Positions 24,288 to 36,684 of a DNA stretch of 64,000 nucleotides are shown here, piece by piece. Each line of letters begins with the position of its first letter. Positions within the stretch are counted from its first letter, which is position 1. The DNA lies in the NCBI RefSeq assembly GCF_009834535.1, contig NC_045698.1, forward strand, positions 5,582,001 through 5,646,000. The letters are read 5' to 3'. The stretch is from Camelus ferus (taxonomy: Eukaryota). The translations under genes and the position numbers were made by a program. The notes below the pieces were generated by a model, which was given only the letters and a program-made list of their open reading frames with translations, was not told the origin of the DNA and did not search any database.

Positions 24288-26699
24288 CATCTGTAAGAAA
24301 AAGGACTTCTAGGTGTCACTCTGGTTACACCAGCAGTTTCTGGAACAGCCATTGATGTTGCTGTGAAGGAGCATCTTCTGTTTTCCTCAGCACAATTCTG
24401 AAACAGCATACCCCTCAACTTACAAGCCATTTTCACCAAATAGCTGCTGTTCACGCTTTTAATCATGTTTGATATTTTGAGCCCCATTCTCACTGTGTTT
24501 CAAGTGATTCCTAAACTCATCACCAGAGCCTATGCCTTTTGGGGATAATAGGAGCTATTTCAACGGATAGATTATTGTTAACCGTGTACTTGGCAACGGC
24601 CGAACCGCTTTGCTAAGAACAATTCAGAGTAGAGGGAGAAGGGGGAGTCGCTCTGAGTCAAGGCAGGACTAATCTAACATTATCCATCTAGCAGGGTTGC
24701 TTTAAGCGGACGAACCAACAGCAAAAACGCACGTTAACTATGAAGAGTTAGCTTAGTTTGGTTTCAGGATGTTAATATCTGGTTCTGTTGGCAAGATTCT
24801 ACAACCCCAATTTATGCCAAATTCTTCTGTATTAGTGAAAAACCATAAAATAAACAAAATGTAAAAAGATTTCATAGCTGAAATGTATTACAACTGGGTT
24901 GAAAATATATGAAAAAATGGCCAATTAAATCACTGGAACAATCCGGATATGAAAGAGGCAAGAAAAAAAAGGATCATTTGTACAAAAAATTCAGTGATGA
25001 TTATGTAAGGGCTATTACATAATGGACATCACCTTATAATGCAGAGAGCTCGCATGCATGACCTCAGGTTCACCTTGGCGTTGGGTTTTCAACCTTAAAA
25101 TAGAACTACATGAGAACTATCAATTTTCAGATATAAAAATATGTTTATTTAATGCTCAGCATGATTTCTAGATTTTCCAGCATTGGTGATAAAATTAAAT
25201 AACACTTATTTCCAAGTTACCAGAGGAGAACCGTTAGAAATTTGGGTTTGAAAATCTGAAGAAATGCTTCTTCTCCAACATGAAAGTTTTTCAGAGGCAC
25301 AGGATGTTAAAAGTTAGGACCCTCTGCCCAAATAAGCGGCAAAACTTTCTAATCATTTAAGGGGAAAACACTTCACTTCACAAATAATGCCTCTCGGATA
25401 CAAGGCAGTGAGTCTTCTATTCTCATGCCATCTTTTTCTGAGGAGCATGAAACCAGATAACATGTTTTCATTAATCCTCACAGCTTCTGTGAGAGAATTT
25501 TGAGAAGCGTTGTCATCCTTTGTTGGCTGAGGGAACAAGAGGAACCAAGGTCACATAATATCTTGTGCCACGAATGCTGAAATTGTGGGAAAGCAGAGGG
25601 CGATAGAAACAAAACAAGTCCACCGCATAGCTCCCTTCTACCCTTACCTTCACTTAGAAAAGTTCTAATAGCTTATTCATACTAAAGTGTAATTGAATGA
25701 TAAAAGGACTTCTGACCTGTCTCTACAGCAGTATGTTCCGAGTAGTAGAAACCAAGAACTCTAATCTCCTAATTTTTAAAAGGTAAACACAATTATTCAG
25801 AAGGTACAGGAAGCCATTGGAAAAAGATGGTTAAACTCCATCAATTTTTCTTGAAGGTAATTCAAGGGAAATTTTCTGGTTACTCAAAAATATTATTTGA
25901 ATAAAAAATACTATGACACTTGGTAATGTAAAAATGGATACACCATTTATAGGTAAAATATAAGGACTCACATATGGATTTCAGTTTTCCTGAAACTCTG
26001 TCACTGCCCCCAGATCTCGGTTTCCCATGCCTCTCTCATCTGCCCTGAGGAGTGGTCACGGGGAAGAGTCTGAGAAACACTGTGGTCAGACAGACAGATC
26101 TTGCTCTTGCTGAGACTGACCAGAAGTGGGAAAGTGTTGATTTTTTTAAACAGGTGGGACAAGAGATGAGGCTCTGGGTGGCATGTAGCCACTCCACATT
26201 GTCAGCTGTCAACAGACCACTTGGGGGAACATGAAAATACGCGAGTCGCCCCCACCCCACAGTGACTGTGCCATAGAAGTGCCAAGGGCAGGAGGCATCC
26301 TTGCCTCCGAGCCATCAAGACCAGCAGGCGCACTCTCAGAAGCGCTAGGTCTTAGGGTCCAGGATGTCGTATGGCTCATACACGCTTAACAACAGCTCTG
26401 CTGCAGGGAAACAGGTGTTTGAAGGAGAATCTTTGCTTAATGAAGACAGCTTAGAAAGCTTATGTTGTTACAAGATAAGCATCCATTGTCTCTTTGTTCA
26501 AATGGAGAACAGATACCTTAGACAAAATAGCTAAAAAAAATGAGAAAAAAAAAAAAACCCACCAGGGAACAATCAGTGGTTTAATTGCAGTGAGTGTCTG
26601 CCACAAACGGGAGGTGAGTGCTGCGGGGGTCAGGACGAAGCCGAGCTTGCTCTCATGATCTCCTCCTCCTGTGCTGACTGGCGGGCAGGACCCAGGTCC

Positions 26700-27020
26700 T
26701 TGGCTGTGTGACGGGTGCAATTGAACACGGCCCCACGTTCAGAGGGTTCCCGCATTGGTTTAAGGTTCTGCCATCACTACCTTGAAAATTTTAATCATTT
26801 TTTGGGGGGAGATTATAGCTCAGTGGTAGAGTGCATGCTTAGCACGCATGAGGCTCTGGATTCAATCCCCAGTACCTGCATTAAAATAAATAAATAAACT
26901 TAATTACCCCCCAAACAAACAAAAACAATCAATAAATTTTTAAAATTAATCATTTTTGAACGAGGGACCCCAACTTCCATTGTGCACCTGACCCCACAAA
27001 GTATGAAGTTGATCCTGCTG
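26700..27020. mobile_element. hAT MITE relic (MER91-like) interrupted by a SINE
   Basis: TTGGTTTAAGGTTCTGCCATCACTACCTTGAAAATT...TTTTTGAACGAGGGACCCC...CCCCACAAAGTATG resembles my recollection of MER91. Confidence 0.55.
26804..26941 (+). mobile_element. Full-length tRNA-derived SINE (camelid Vic-1-like)
   Basis: TATAGCTCAGTGGTAGAGTGCATGCTTAGCA...GATTCAATCCCCAGTACC plus A-rich tail; TSD AAAATT(TT)AATCATTTTT on both sides. Confidence 0.92.
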
Positions 27021-29260
27021 GTGGGAAAGTGATTGATAGAAAAACAGAAGGTCTGAAAAGCGAAGGCAGACCGAGCTTTTCACGGCTGGTTTTTGCAGCG
27101 CTGCAGCTGGGAGTCCATGGGTCTCCTTTATCCCTCACTCCTGCTTCTTGGAGCCCTAATCATCTGTGCGGAAGCCCCAGCTGGTGAAGGGCATTCTGCT
27201 CCTTAGGCGGCATTCGGGCAGCAAGTTCCTGAAAGCTGATGGTTTAGCACACAATCTCTAAATGCATGCAGCACTGCATTTGTTTAAAACATACTTAGCG
27301 TTAAGTCTGCTGCTGTGGTCTAGGGGCAGGAAGCTGGCTGTCATGGGAACGTGGCTGCCTAGAGAGGAAATGCAAGCATGACTCTTCCCTGCTCAGAGCC
27401 CAGCAGCAGTGCTCCACGTGGTTTTTTCATCACTCTCCAAAGAAGGTGAACATTCAGGTAATGCTTGGATACTGCAGTCTGCTAGTAACGCTGCAAAGGT
27501 CTCATCGCCCATCAGCTTACGTGGCCACTTCCTGTGTCAGATTCACAGAGAAGAGTGAGGGGTGAGAGCCCCCCCCGCCCAGCCCCAGATCTGAGCATCA
27601 GCTGTGTGGGGGGAGGTGAGGCTGTCAGGCAGTGGTGTACAAGCCCCCTCCCCTTTCATCCTCAGCCCCGGTGCTGGGAAACGTGGAAAACTGAAGGATG
27701 AACGGGGCTCAGTGAAGCTGAAATCAAAAACTGTATTTTGCCAAGTCCCATTGCTGATTTTAGTCATGAATTTTGTCTCCACAGCAGCCTGTTTTACTTA
27801 GCTACAGCTGGGGATAGAGGAGAGTGGCGGAGCAGGGATACATGAATTGTTGGTGGCTTGTGACCTGCGAGGAGATGAGCTGGAGTCAGGAAACCGGGAA
27901 GCTCCCCCTTCTCCCGGGATACCTGCTGCGAGAAGACCCTGCCCAGGGGAGGCGGGCGTCAGTAGGTGCAGGGTACCACGGCGTGAGAGCTCCATCCCGC
28001 ACGGAGCAAAGATGCAGGTGAAGGCGAAGGGGGGAGAAAAACAGCAGCAAAACTCAGAAAGGATTCAGTAACCTGCCAGCATAATTGTTCCGGCAGCAGC
28101 TTAAACATAGAGTCCTGGTGTCCCCTAGGGACAGGAAATCTCATCTTCCAGAGAGGAATTTACGAAGGGTGTCACAAAATCTGCCAGGTCAGAGTTAACA
28201 AAGCTGGGAAGGGACATTATAATACATTTTGAGGGTAAGTGTTTCAACAGATGATGCGGGATCCCATTTCCTATGGCCGAAAAAGTGAAGGAAAACTAAT
28301 GACCATGAACGTTTTCTTTTACTATAGAAAAACATAACACTTAAAGTGTTTTAAAATAAAGAGTTATTATTCAAATTGGTCTTTCATACCTCGTAGGCAA
28401 AAACAGGAAATGTGTTCTCTTGCATAAAAGTGATGAAAACCACAGAGAAGAGCGAGAATGTAGTAAGTCGACAACCATCCGTGGAGCGTGAGGAATGGGA
28501 GCCTTGAAACGAGACCCTGGGAGTACCAGGGGGCTGGGAGAGCCAACTTCAGGACATAAGAGGCTGTGAAAGGGGGACCCACTAAAATACTCCCATGGCT
28601 GGATTTTGCAGCAAGTTCCTTATTTGGAACATCCCTGATATTGAAATATTTTCTTTCTTCTTCTTCTTTCTTAATTGAAGTCCCGTCAGTTACAATGGCC
28701 CATGAGGGATTTGTGTGGCCGTGGTCCTGCTCACTGTGACACGAACTGTAATGAGCACAGACAGTTTCCTAATGAGTCTGATCACTAAAGGAGACTCATG
28801 TTGATTCTCAGTTGCACATTCTCAGAGTCCACTTCCTGGCACCTGTCCATCCACGCGGAGCTGAGAAGAGTTGAGCTCCCAGTCCACAGTGCTGTGCCGT
28901 CTGCATTTAGCTGGGATTCTATAGCCACTGAGAGCAGTTGGCATGTGCAAGAGGAACTTTGCCCTGAACTTTGAGGCAGATGGGCCCTAACTGTAACTCC
29001 AGGGCGCTGAGAACACCTGTCTTTCCCAGAGGCTCAAAGGTATGCCTGGTTTAGTGAGGTCTTTGACACTCTCTGAAGATTCATCTTATTTTTCTGATGG
29101 ACTAACCACAAATGCCAGAGAACACATGGTGCCTCAGGAAGTAGCCTTGCATTGTGTGGCCTGATCGCATACCAGTGAGGCACGGGAGCAAAGATGAGGG
29201 CCGTATCTTGCTAATGACAGTCCTTAGAGATGAATTAAGACTTTCACGCTTCAGGGAAGA

Positions 29261-29666
29261 TGTTACGGGTTGAACTGTGTTCCCATCAGAAACATATATC
29301 CCAGTATCTCAGAAAGTGACCTTATTTGGAGGGAGGGACTTTACGGATGTAACCGAGTTAAAATGAGGTCGTTAGGGTGGACCCCAATCCAGCATGACTG
29401 TTGTTCTCGTAAAAAGAGGGAATCTGCACACAGAGACAAATTCACAGAGGGAAGACTCTGGGAAGAGATGCAGGAAGGAGGCAGTCTTTTACAAACTAAG
29501 GAGAGACGCCTGGAACAGATCCTTCCTCAGAGTCGTCAGAAGGAACCAGCCTTGCCAGCACCTTGGTTTCAGACTCGCAGCCTCCAGCACAGTGAGACAG
29601 TGAGTGCCTGTTGTGTGAGCGCTCAGTCTGGGGTACTTTTTATAGTGGCCCCAGCAGACTGATGCA
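29261..29666 (+). mobile_element. MaLR LTR (MLT1B-like)
   Basis: TGTTACGGGTTGAACTGTGTTCCC...GTGACCTTATTTGGA...GCCTCCAGCACAGTGAGACA...CAGCAGACTGATGCA. Confidence 0.88.
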
Positions 29667-30524
29667 GAAGGAGGACAATTTATCGAGAACTTGGAGAACT
29701 TGGGCCTGAAAGGAACCAGCTTGTCTCCAACAGGTGGGATTTTAGCTCTGGTTTACCCAATAAGAGAATGTATTTTTTTAGTATAAAAACTGTCCTTTTG
29801 TTGCTTCCCAAGGCTGTATCTCTACTTTGCCCATTGTTTTGATTTTTTAAAAAAGCAGGCTAGGCTCTCAGATGTATGGATTCCCCCAAACAGAAAGGTA
29901 GGGGGTCTGTGTTCAGAAACATTATGAATTGACTTCTTGGCACCAATCTCTCAAATGATGAAAATGTCTAGTGAAACTACAATTTGAAGAATCAATGATC
30001 ACTCGAGTTGTTTACATCATCTATTTTTGTTAGCTTTCCTCTTTCTCTCTCATGTTTATCCTTTAATTCGGCTTCCTTAGCGATGGGTAAATAATTGTTC
30101 AACATAGGGCCCTGTGGAGAGGAGTACGGTGTTTATTCCGACGGAGTCTGCAGATGTGGAACACGATAATTGAACATTGTTAGTGGTTATTTATTAAAGA
30201 ACATGCCTTTAATTTAGAGGCTTTTGATTACGACAGCTCACTTAGCAAAGTGTCACAGAGCTTAACTCATTCGCCTTATTTAGAAAGAAAATCCAAAATG
30301 TCTAAGTTGGTTAAGCCTCGATTTAAAAGTCTAGACAAAAACATCAGTAGGAGAAAGCAAAACGCAAAGCATCCAGTTCGTTTACCTGACAAATGCTAAC
30401 TTGGTCTTTACTCAACGCCCAGAGTTTAAGGGAAATTTCCCAAAGGCAGCAGGCTGCGTTATTCGGAAGTTCTAATTTTTATGTTGTTCTTTCTTACATT
30501 GAGGGAAACTCTGCCTCTCCGAAA

Positions 30525-31052
30525 TGTCGTGTAGTTCTTGTGGCTCACCCCTTGTCACTTCCTGTGAGACGGGCTGGGCCCTGGGCCCTGGGCCCTTTGC
30601 TCAGGCTGGGACCTGGGACCCTGGGCTGCAGTGTGTGCACTGGGGCCCAACGACAGAACACGAAGAAGCTAGCAAGGACTGTGCACAACTGTGTGCATGC
30701 CAAGTGGGGGCAAGCTATGAGCAATGAGACGCAAAAAGACCAGAAACCCAGCTGCCGCTTCACAGGTGTCGGGAGCAGAAGCGGGGCCCTGTGTGCGGTC
30801 CCTGCACACAGCAGCCCCGAGGCGATGGGCAGACCGCCTTAGACACCCTCCTGCCAGACCCCTGGACGCGCCCACCCTCACCCCTTTTAAGGGACCAGCT
30901 CTCCCCTCTCAGAGCGAGCAAGGGAACCTGTCGCCTGTTTTCGCCCCCTCGTGCTGCAGCACGAGTCCCAGTAAAGCCTTGCCTGTGTTTCTCAACCGGC
31001 CTCTTCTCCGTTTCTATTGCTTAAGGAGGCCGAGAGCCCCGGGGGGGCGATA
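30525..31052 (+). mobile_element. ERV1-like solo LTR, CpG-rich
   Basis: U3/R/U5-like layout: CCCCTTTTAAGG (TATA-like), CCCAGTAAAGCCTTGCCTG (polyA-signal variant), TTTCTATTGCTTAAGGAGGCC; termini degenerate. Confidence 0.7.
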
Positions 31053-31458
31053 TGCGTGTATGGTACATATCATACGTGTCACGGAGAGCCTCATTTCATG
31101 CCACCACCTGCTGGAAACTTGGAGTCAGCAGGCCTCCTCCACGTCTGCTCCTCAGCCCAGACGAGCTGCGCCCCATGACCTCTCCCCCGTGGCAGCGCTC
31201 TCCGGGCCGCCAGGGCCGCCTGCTGGGAACACTTCTCAGGGTGTGTCCCTCGGCAGGGCAGGGCCCAGGCGCAGGATGCGGGGTTCTGACCGTGCTCTAG
31301 AGTGGATGGTGACTGTCCCCCATCAGAGGTGGATGCTGAGTTTGCACTGAGGCCACATCTGCATGGGGAGGTGGGTCAGTGTCCCCAGACAGCTGCAGGC
31401 TTTCGTATTCTGCGGATGGGCACACAGTTTAGAATATAGTCAACTAGCAGTTGTAGAA

Positions 31459-31680
31459 CAGGGTAGGCAAACTGTAGCCCGAAGGCCAAGTCCGGCCCCC
31501 CATCTTTTTTTGTAAATAAAGATTTATTGGAACTCACCCACATTCACTTGTTTATGGAGTGTCTCTGGCTGCTTTCACGCAACACCAGAAGGGCTGAAAA
31601 GCTGCAATGGGGACCATATAGCCTGCAAATCCTAAATTATTTTACCTACTGGTCCTTACAAAACAAATTTGGCAACCTCT
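31459..31680. mobile_element. MER58A-like hAT-Charlie MITE
   Basis: TIR-like ends CAGGGTAGGCAAACT ... TTTGGCAACCTCT; internal TTTTGTAAATAAAGATTTATTGGAAC. Confidence 0.85.
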
Positions 31681-31939
31681 CGTTATAAGTTTACAAGAAA
31701 TATCAGTTTTTAATATAAATATCAGTTTTTGTATGTTTTCTCCCACATATCTGGCAGTTTTATTAACTCCCTCCAAAATTATAGTTACACAAATCGTAAC
31801 ATCTTTGAGACCTCGGGGGCCTAGAAATAATCTATTCTAATGCCCATGCCAAAACATAACTTTGAAATATTTAAAAAAATGTGCATTTATTCACTAATTC
31901 CCTTTCCAGAATCTATGCGGCATTAGTGATTTGCCCTGA

Positions 31940-32075
31940 AGGAACAGGATGTGATGGTAGGACATTCCAGACTTCTAAGATTAGGTCATACAGGTGGATA
32001 CAGCTTCACCTGGCGCTCAGTCTTGGGGTCCTCAGAACCGAGCCGCCCTGTTGTGAGGAAGCCCAGACCACAAGG
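31940..32075 (+). mobile_element. MLT1F-like LTR fragment
   Basis: GACTTCTAAGATTAGGTCATA...CCCTGTTGTGAGGAAGCCCAGACCACA. Confidence 0.6.
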
Positions 32076-33689
32076 AGAGGCAGAAAGAAAATGGGCATTT
32101 ATTCAAATGAACTCTGACTCCATCAAAGGGAGGTGTGTTTTGTAGTCTGGAGGAAGCCAGGAGAAATCACCCTGTGACTCTGTGATGCAGGGGGAGTTGT
32201 TCCTCCAGTGTCTTCCGTGGTGGATGGTGACCTGTTGTAAACATCCTCTGGGAGGGGTCCCACTCCTGGGCTCCCCACCGCCCTCCTCTTGTGTCGTCCT
32301 CATCAATGGCTCTCGGCTGTGGGGGCAGAGTTGTTCCCAGGGAACACTAATTTCAGTGCTTTAGTTTTGGTCTCACTGGCACAGACCTCACAAGGGTTCT
32401 CATTTTGTACTTCATTCTGAGCCTGTTAGGAGCACAGAGTTTGGAGTTAAGATGCTATGACAGGCAGTTTCACAAGCTCTCTTGGAAGCAGCTTATTAAA
32501 AGCCTAACCATTAGTCTGGTTTTATAAACCTGAGTGTGTCTTCCACCTCGATATTTTTATTCCTATAATTAAGTTGTTTCCTGTGAAATGCTTTATCTAA
32601 CAGATTAAATGTGTGAAAAGAGAAAGCAGAGAAATAGAAATTGATATTTAAAATGTTACATCTTGCATTTTTTAAAAAACTAATATTGGTCTCTATGTTC
32701 AGAGCTGCAGATGGAGATTACGAGGATTTGCCTGGCTCTCCAGAGTCACCCGCGTGCTGTGGTGACCCATGCGACATTGCTCTGGGATGTACTCAGCGAA
32801 TTGGTGAGGGGGGAATGCACGGTGCAATGAGTTTTAAAATAGGTCTTGCTGAAGGGATATTCTGACACTTCTAGCACTGCGCACATTTCTCTCCTGTATG
32901 ATAATTGCAAGTTCATACAAACACATGGACTCACAGCCCTCGACAGCTGTGGGAACACAGGGCTGGGTGATTGGCTGCTCGGTTATCAAACTGGTTTTGG
33001 AAAGCCAAACAGAAGACGCATAAAAATGAATTGCAGTCAAAATACACACAAGAAGATAAACATTTTTTGAAATCACTATTTCTCAGTGAAGGGAGTTCGT
33101 GAGGCCATGAGGCTGGTTTCATCAGCTGCCTGCCCCTCCCTGGTCGGTAGGTTCCCCACCCCATCACTCTGGAGCAGGGAACCTGCATACGACGTGCAGT
33201 AATTATTTGTTTACCTTTTTGCTCTGCGTTTGACTGTTTGCTTCTTAGAGGCATAAACCAAGTCATTTCAGTACTATGATTTTTCCATCCTTAGTATACG
33301 CTCAACCTTTCTCTGGAGGGATAAAGGAGAGTTACTGACCCAGGGTAGGTTCTAAAAAACGTTTGTTAATTAAGTGAATGGGTGAGTGGAGGAATGAATG
33401 GGTGAACTGATGGTTTTATCAACTTTCTCATGATGTCCAAGGTGCTGATAATACTTTTCACATTCCATAGCCTTTTCTATTCCTGCTATCTTTAGGGTAT
33501 TTTTGTACCCTGATCTTTAAGTGTGTTTATTAATAACATTAAATTCTGGGAATGCTTTTGCTTTAGATATAATACCTGGGCAATATTCAGGGGAGAGGGA
33601 GAGAAGAGGAGAAGGAGGAGGAGGAGGAGAAGGAAAAGATGATACAGGCATATGGAAGACGAGAGAAGATGCTAGTATGTATTTCTCAT

Positions 33690-34100
33690 TGGAACCCAAA
33701 GGAAATAGAAACTCTAAGAATTTCAAAGAGAGTTTAATACAGGGAGATGTTTACAAAAGTGTTGGAAGAGTTGAGAATTTCAATAGGAGCCCACAGAGAC
33801 AACTCAGAGACGGGCCACAGCAGGTAGCTACTCCCCACCCAGGCTGGAGGGTCAAGACAGGAGGCAGTGCCCAGAGCCCAGGGGTGGGGTCGCCCAGTGG
33901 CAGGGCAAGCATGGGACTCTGTCTGGATCCACAGAGGAGACTCAGCCATTGCCAAAGACTCAAGCAATGATAGAGGCTGAAATGCCCTGGTTTCTCCCTT
34001 CCCTCAACCCTCCCCCTTCCTGCTGGAGCTCCCATTGGCAGGGTTCTGCCAGAACCAAGCTGTCATGGGAGAATGGGAAATGCAGCTTGTGGGGATGGAC
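33690..34100. mobile_element. Ancient ERVL/MaLR-type LTR remnant
   Basis: GAGAGTTTAATACAGGGA and CTCCCATTGGC...GGGAGAATGGGAAATGCAG resemble old ERVL LTR landmarks. Confidence 0.45.
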
Positions 34101-35269
34101 CTGGTGCTGGAGAACAGGGAGGGGAAAGGTGAAGAATGGGATAAAGACCCTACAGGTCCAGGAGCAGTCCAAGGTGAGGGGACAGGAGAAAGTAAGGGTG
34201 GGTATCTGTGACTCTAACTTGACTCAGTGATTGGATTGTGACAAAGGTATTTCTTGAGTGGGGGAAGATTAGCAGAGATTTTCTCATGCCCTAAGACGTG
34301 GAGAAGATTGACTTAAGCCTTCATTCTACTAGTGCTGGAGATCTGAAGCATCCTCCCGGCTACTTCACATTTCAGCAGGATCTACATTTCCCTGTCTCCT
34401 CTGTCTTCTGTGTGGTACCCTCAGTGTTTGCCTGGTGTCAAACCAGACCTGAGAAGCAGCCTCTTCTTTATTTATTCCATCTAAGGCAACTGCTAAATTA
34501 GAGTAGAAAACTCTGTCCCTGAGCGCCGGAGGTCACTGCGAAGGCGCACCTTGCACGTGGCATGAGGTGGAACCAACAACAGCATCCTTCTGCTCTCAGC
34601 TGCCCTGACGTTGGCAGCGTCTCACTAACTCCTCCATCTCAGTCTGTCCCTCAGTGTCTCCCTCTGGCCTGGCCTTCTCTCTTCTTCCCTCCTCCTGTGT
34701 CCCCTCCTCACTCTCTCTTTCTCCTGCACAGGTACCCACGCATCCCAAATCCTCACCTGATTCTGTGAAGCATTCAGCTCATCCCAGCTTTGGCTGCAAA
34801 ACTTAGCTCCACGCCCACCTTCACACAGCGATGGGGTTATCAGATTAGCAAGGACTTCTGCAGTACAGGACCCCTTCTGTAGAAAAGCTGAGAACTAAAT
34901 ATTTAATGAAACTATTATTTGTAATATAAGGAATACAGGAGAAGGAACGAAGGTTAAAGTCCAGATAATGAGAACAGGTTTTAGAATTACTCTTAACTGA
35001 AAGATTTAAGATTGACTTTCTTTTAGGATATTCTGATAAAGCTGTCCTAGACCAAAGCCTCAGGAAGGAGGCCAGGTATTCAAAGGGATTTTAATTATTG
35101 ATCATTGATACCTGGAGACATGAGAATGAATGATTTTGCCTGGGAACTGCAGGGATGCTGGACCCATCAATAACCTCAATCTACATAAAAGCACAGAAGA
35201 GAAAGGGCAAGTGTGAGAGACTGAGGGGTGAAACAGGAGAAGGTGATGTCAGCTGAGCCAAAGATTTGG

Positions 35270-35770
35270 AAGAGGATCATAAGAGGTCATTGTCAAACGA
35301 CAAAGATGTCTGTACCTCCACTGTTTATCTAACAATTAGATTTGTAAATGTCTCCTGAATGAAAGCAAATCCAAATGGGATGGTAATTAGTAGGTCACTG
35401 ATAACCTTATTCTGAAGGTTTCAGGAGACAGGTGGGAATTAAAGAGTTTGCAGTTTGGTCAGTGAATGGAAGGGGAGGAATTATAAGCCATGCTTAGAGA
35501 TGACTGTAGAAATTTGATGGAAAAGGCAGGGAGAAATAGGTCAATAGTCTAAGGAGGATAAAGTTTAGGAAATACTTACTTAGGACTGGTGAGAGACTGA
35601 GTGTGTTTTCATATTCATGGAAGGAGGCAATGGAAAGGAAGAAAGAGACGCTGATGGCACAAGCAATAGAAGCGATGGCTGGTGGTTCAAAGTAAGGTGA
35701 GATGGGGTCCAGGCCGCTAGGAGAGGGAAGAGCCCTCATCATGAGGGGAGATGCTCTAATGCTCAGTGAT
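35270..35770 (-). mobile_element. L2 fragment
   Basis: Purine-rich; GGTAATTAGTAGGTCACTGATAACCTT and GTCAGTGAATGGAAGGGGAGGAA are antisense L2-like. Confidence 0.55.
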
Positions 35771-36684
35771 GGAAAGATGTTGATGGGCGGCCGAAGTCTA
35801 GGATCTTTACAATTTCCACTAGCTGCCTATGGACAGCTCTGCTGGAACCTGATAGATGAGAGTCCATTAAGGCCCATTTAGGTTACTGTTTTCAATATGG
35901 GCCAAAAGTCCCACGTGGGAATGCTGGACCTGATTGACCGGTCTGGACCAAGAGTAAGATATACAAATTAGGTTCTGTATGGGGCAGGGAGGCCAAAGCG
36001 CCCGGAAGGGAAGCATCTATCTCCTCCTCCCTTTGTCCGGCACCCGCCCTCTGGGACTGCGCCGTCGCTTTACTGTATCTCCGTAGGTCAGTGGAGAGGA
36101 ACACTGGAGGAAGATGCCTCATGGTTCAGAGAGCTTCTCCTTGAACGACTTAAGTTTCTTTCCTCCTTTCCTCTGGATTTGGCCCCAGTGCTGGTGACAT
36201 TCCAAAAAGGAAGGCCCTTTCCCGGCACTGGATGTATTCTTAGTGGCCAAAAACAGCTGAGAACTGAAGATATCCCAGCTGAAAGATTAGTTTTTGCCTC
36301 ATTAAGGCAAAAAGAGAGTAGTGAGTATGATGTGAAAAGGAAGGAATGCAAACACAGATCTCAAAAAGGAGAAATCGGACAGGAAGACGTTCTAAAGGAG
36401 GAGATTCTCCGAGGCACTCCCCACGCGGACTCTGCAAGTTCTACTCTTCACGCTGAGAATCTACTGATTGCACCATCTCGTCATGACAGCGGCCTTGGCT
36501 TTGAGTTTTAACCTGGTTATTCCAGAAAAAGAAGTGAACGTGGCACTGACTACACTGGGGTCATGGAGCGCAAAGGACTGATGGGTGATCTGTGGGGTGA
36601 GCGGGCAGCGATTGGGACAACAGGAATGTCGAATGGGAGCAGAGGGAGGGGGGTCACTGGAGTAAAGTCATATATTTGCATCTC

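Noticed and set aside
26804..26881. tRNA-Ala gene (also 20225-20297)
   Set aside because: A-rich tail, TSD and multiple diverged copies identify a tRNA-derived SINE
30724..31350. Longest ORF in the track (208 aa)
   Set aside because: Overlaps a GC-rich LTR; low-information Pro/Arg/Ala composition; no recognisable domain
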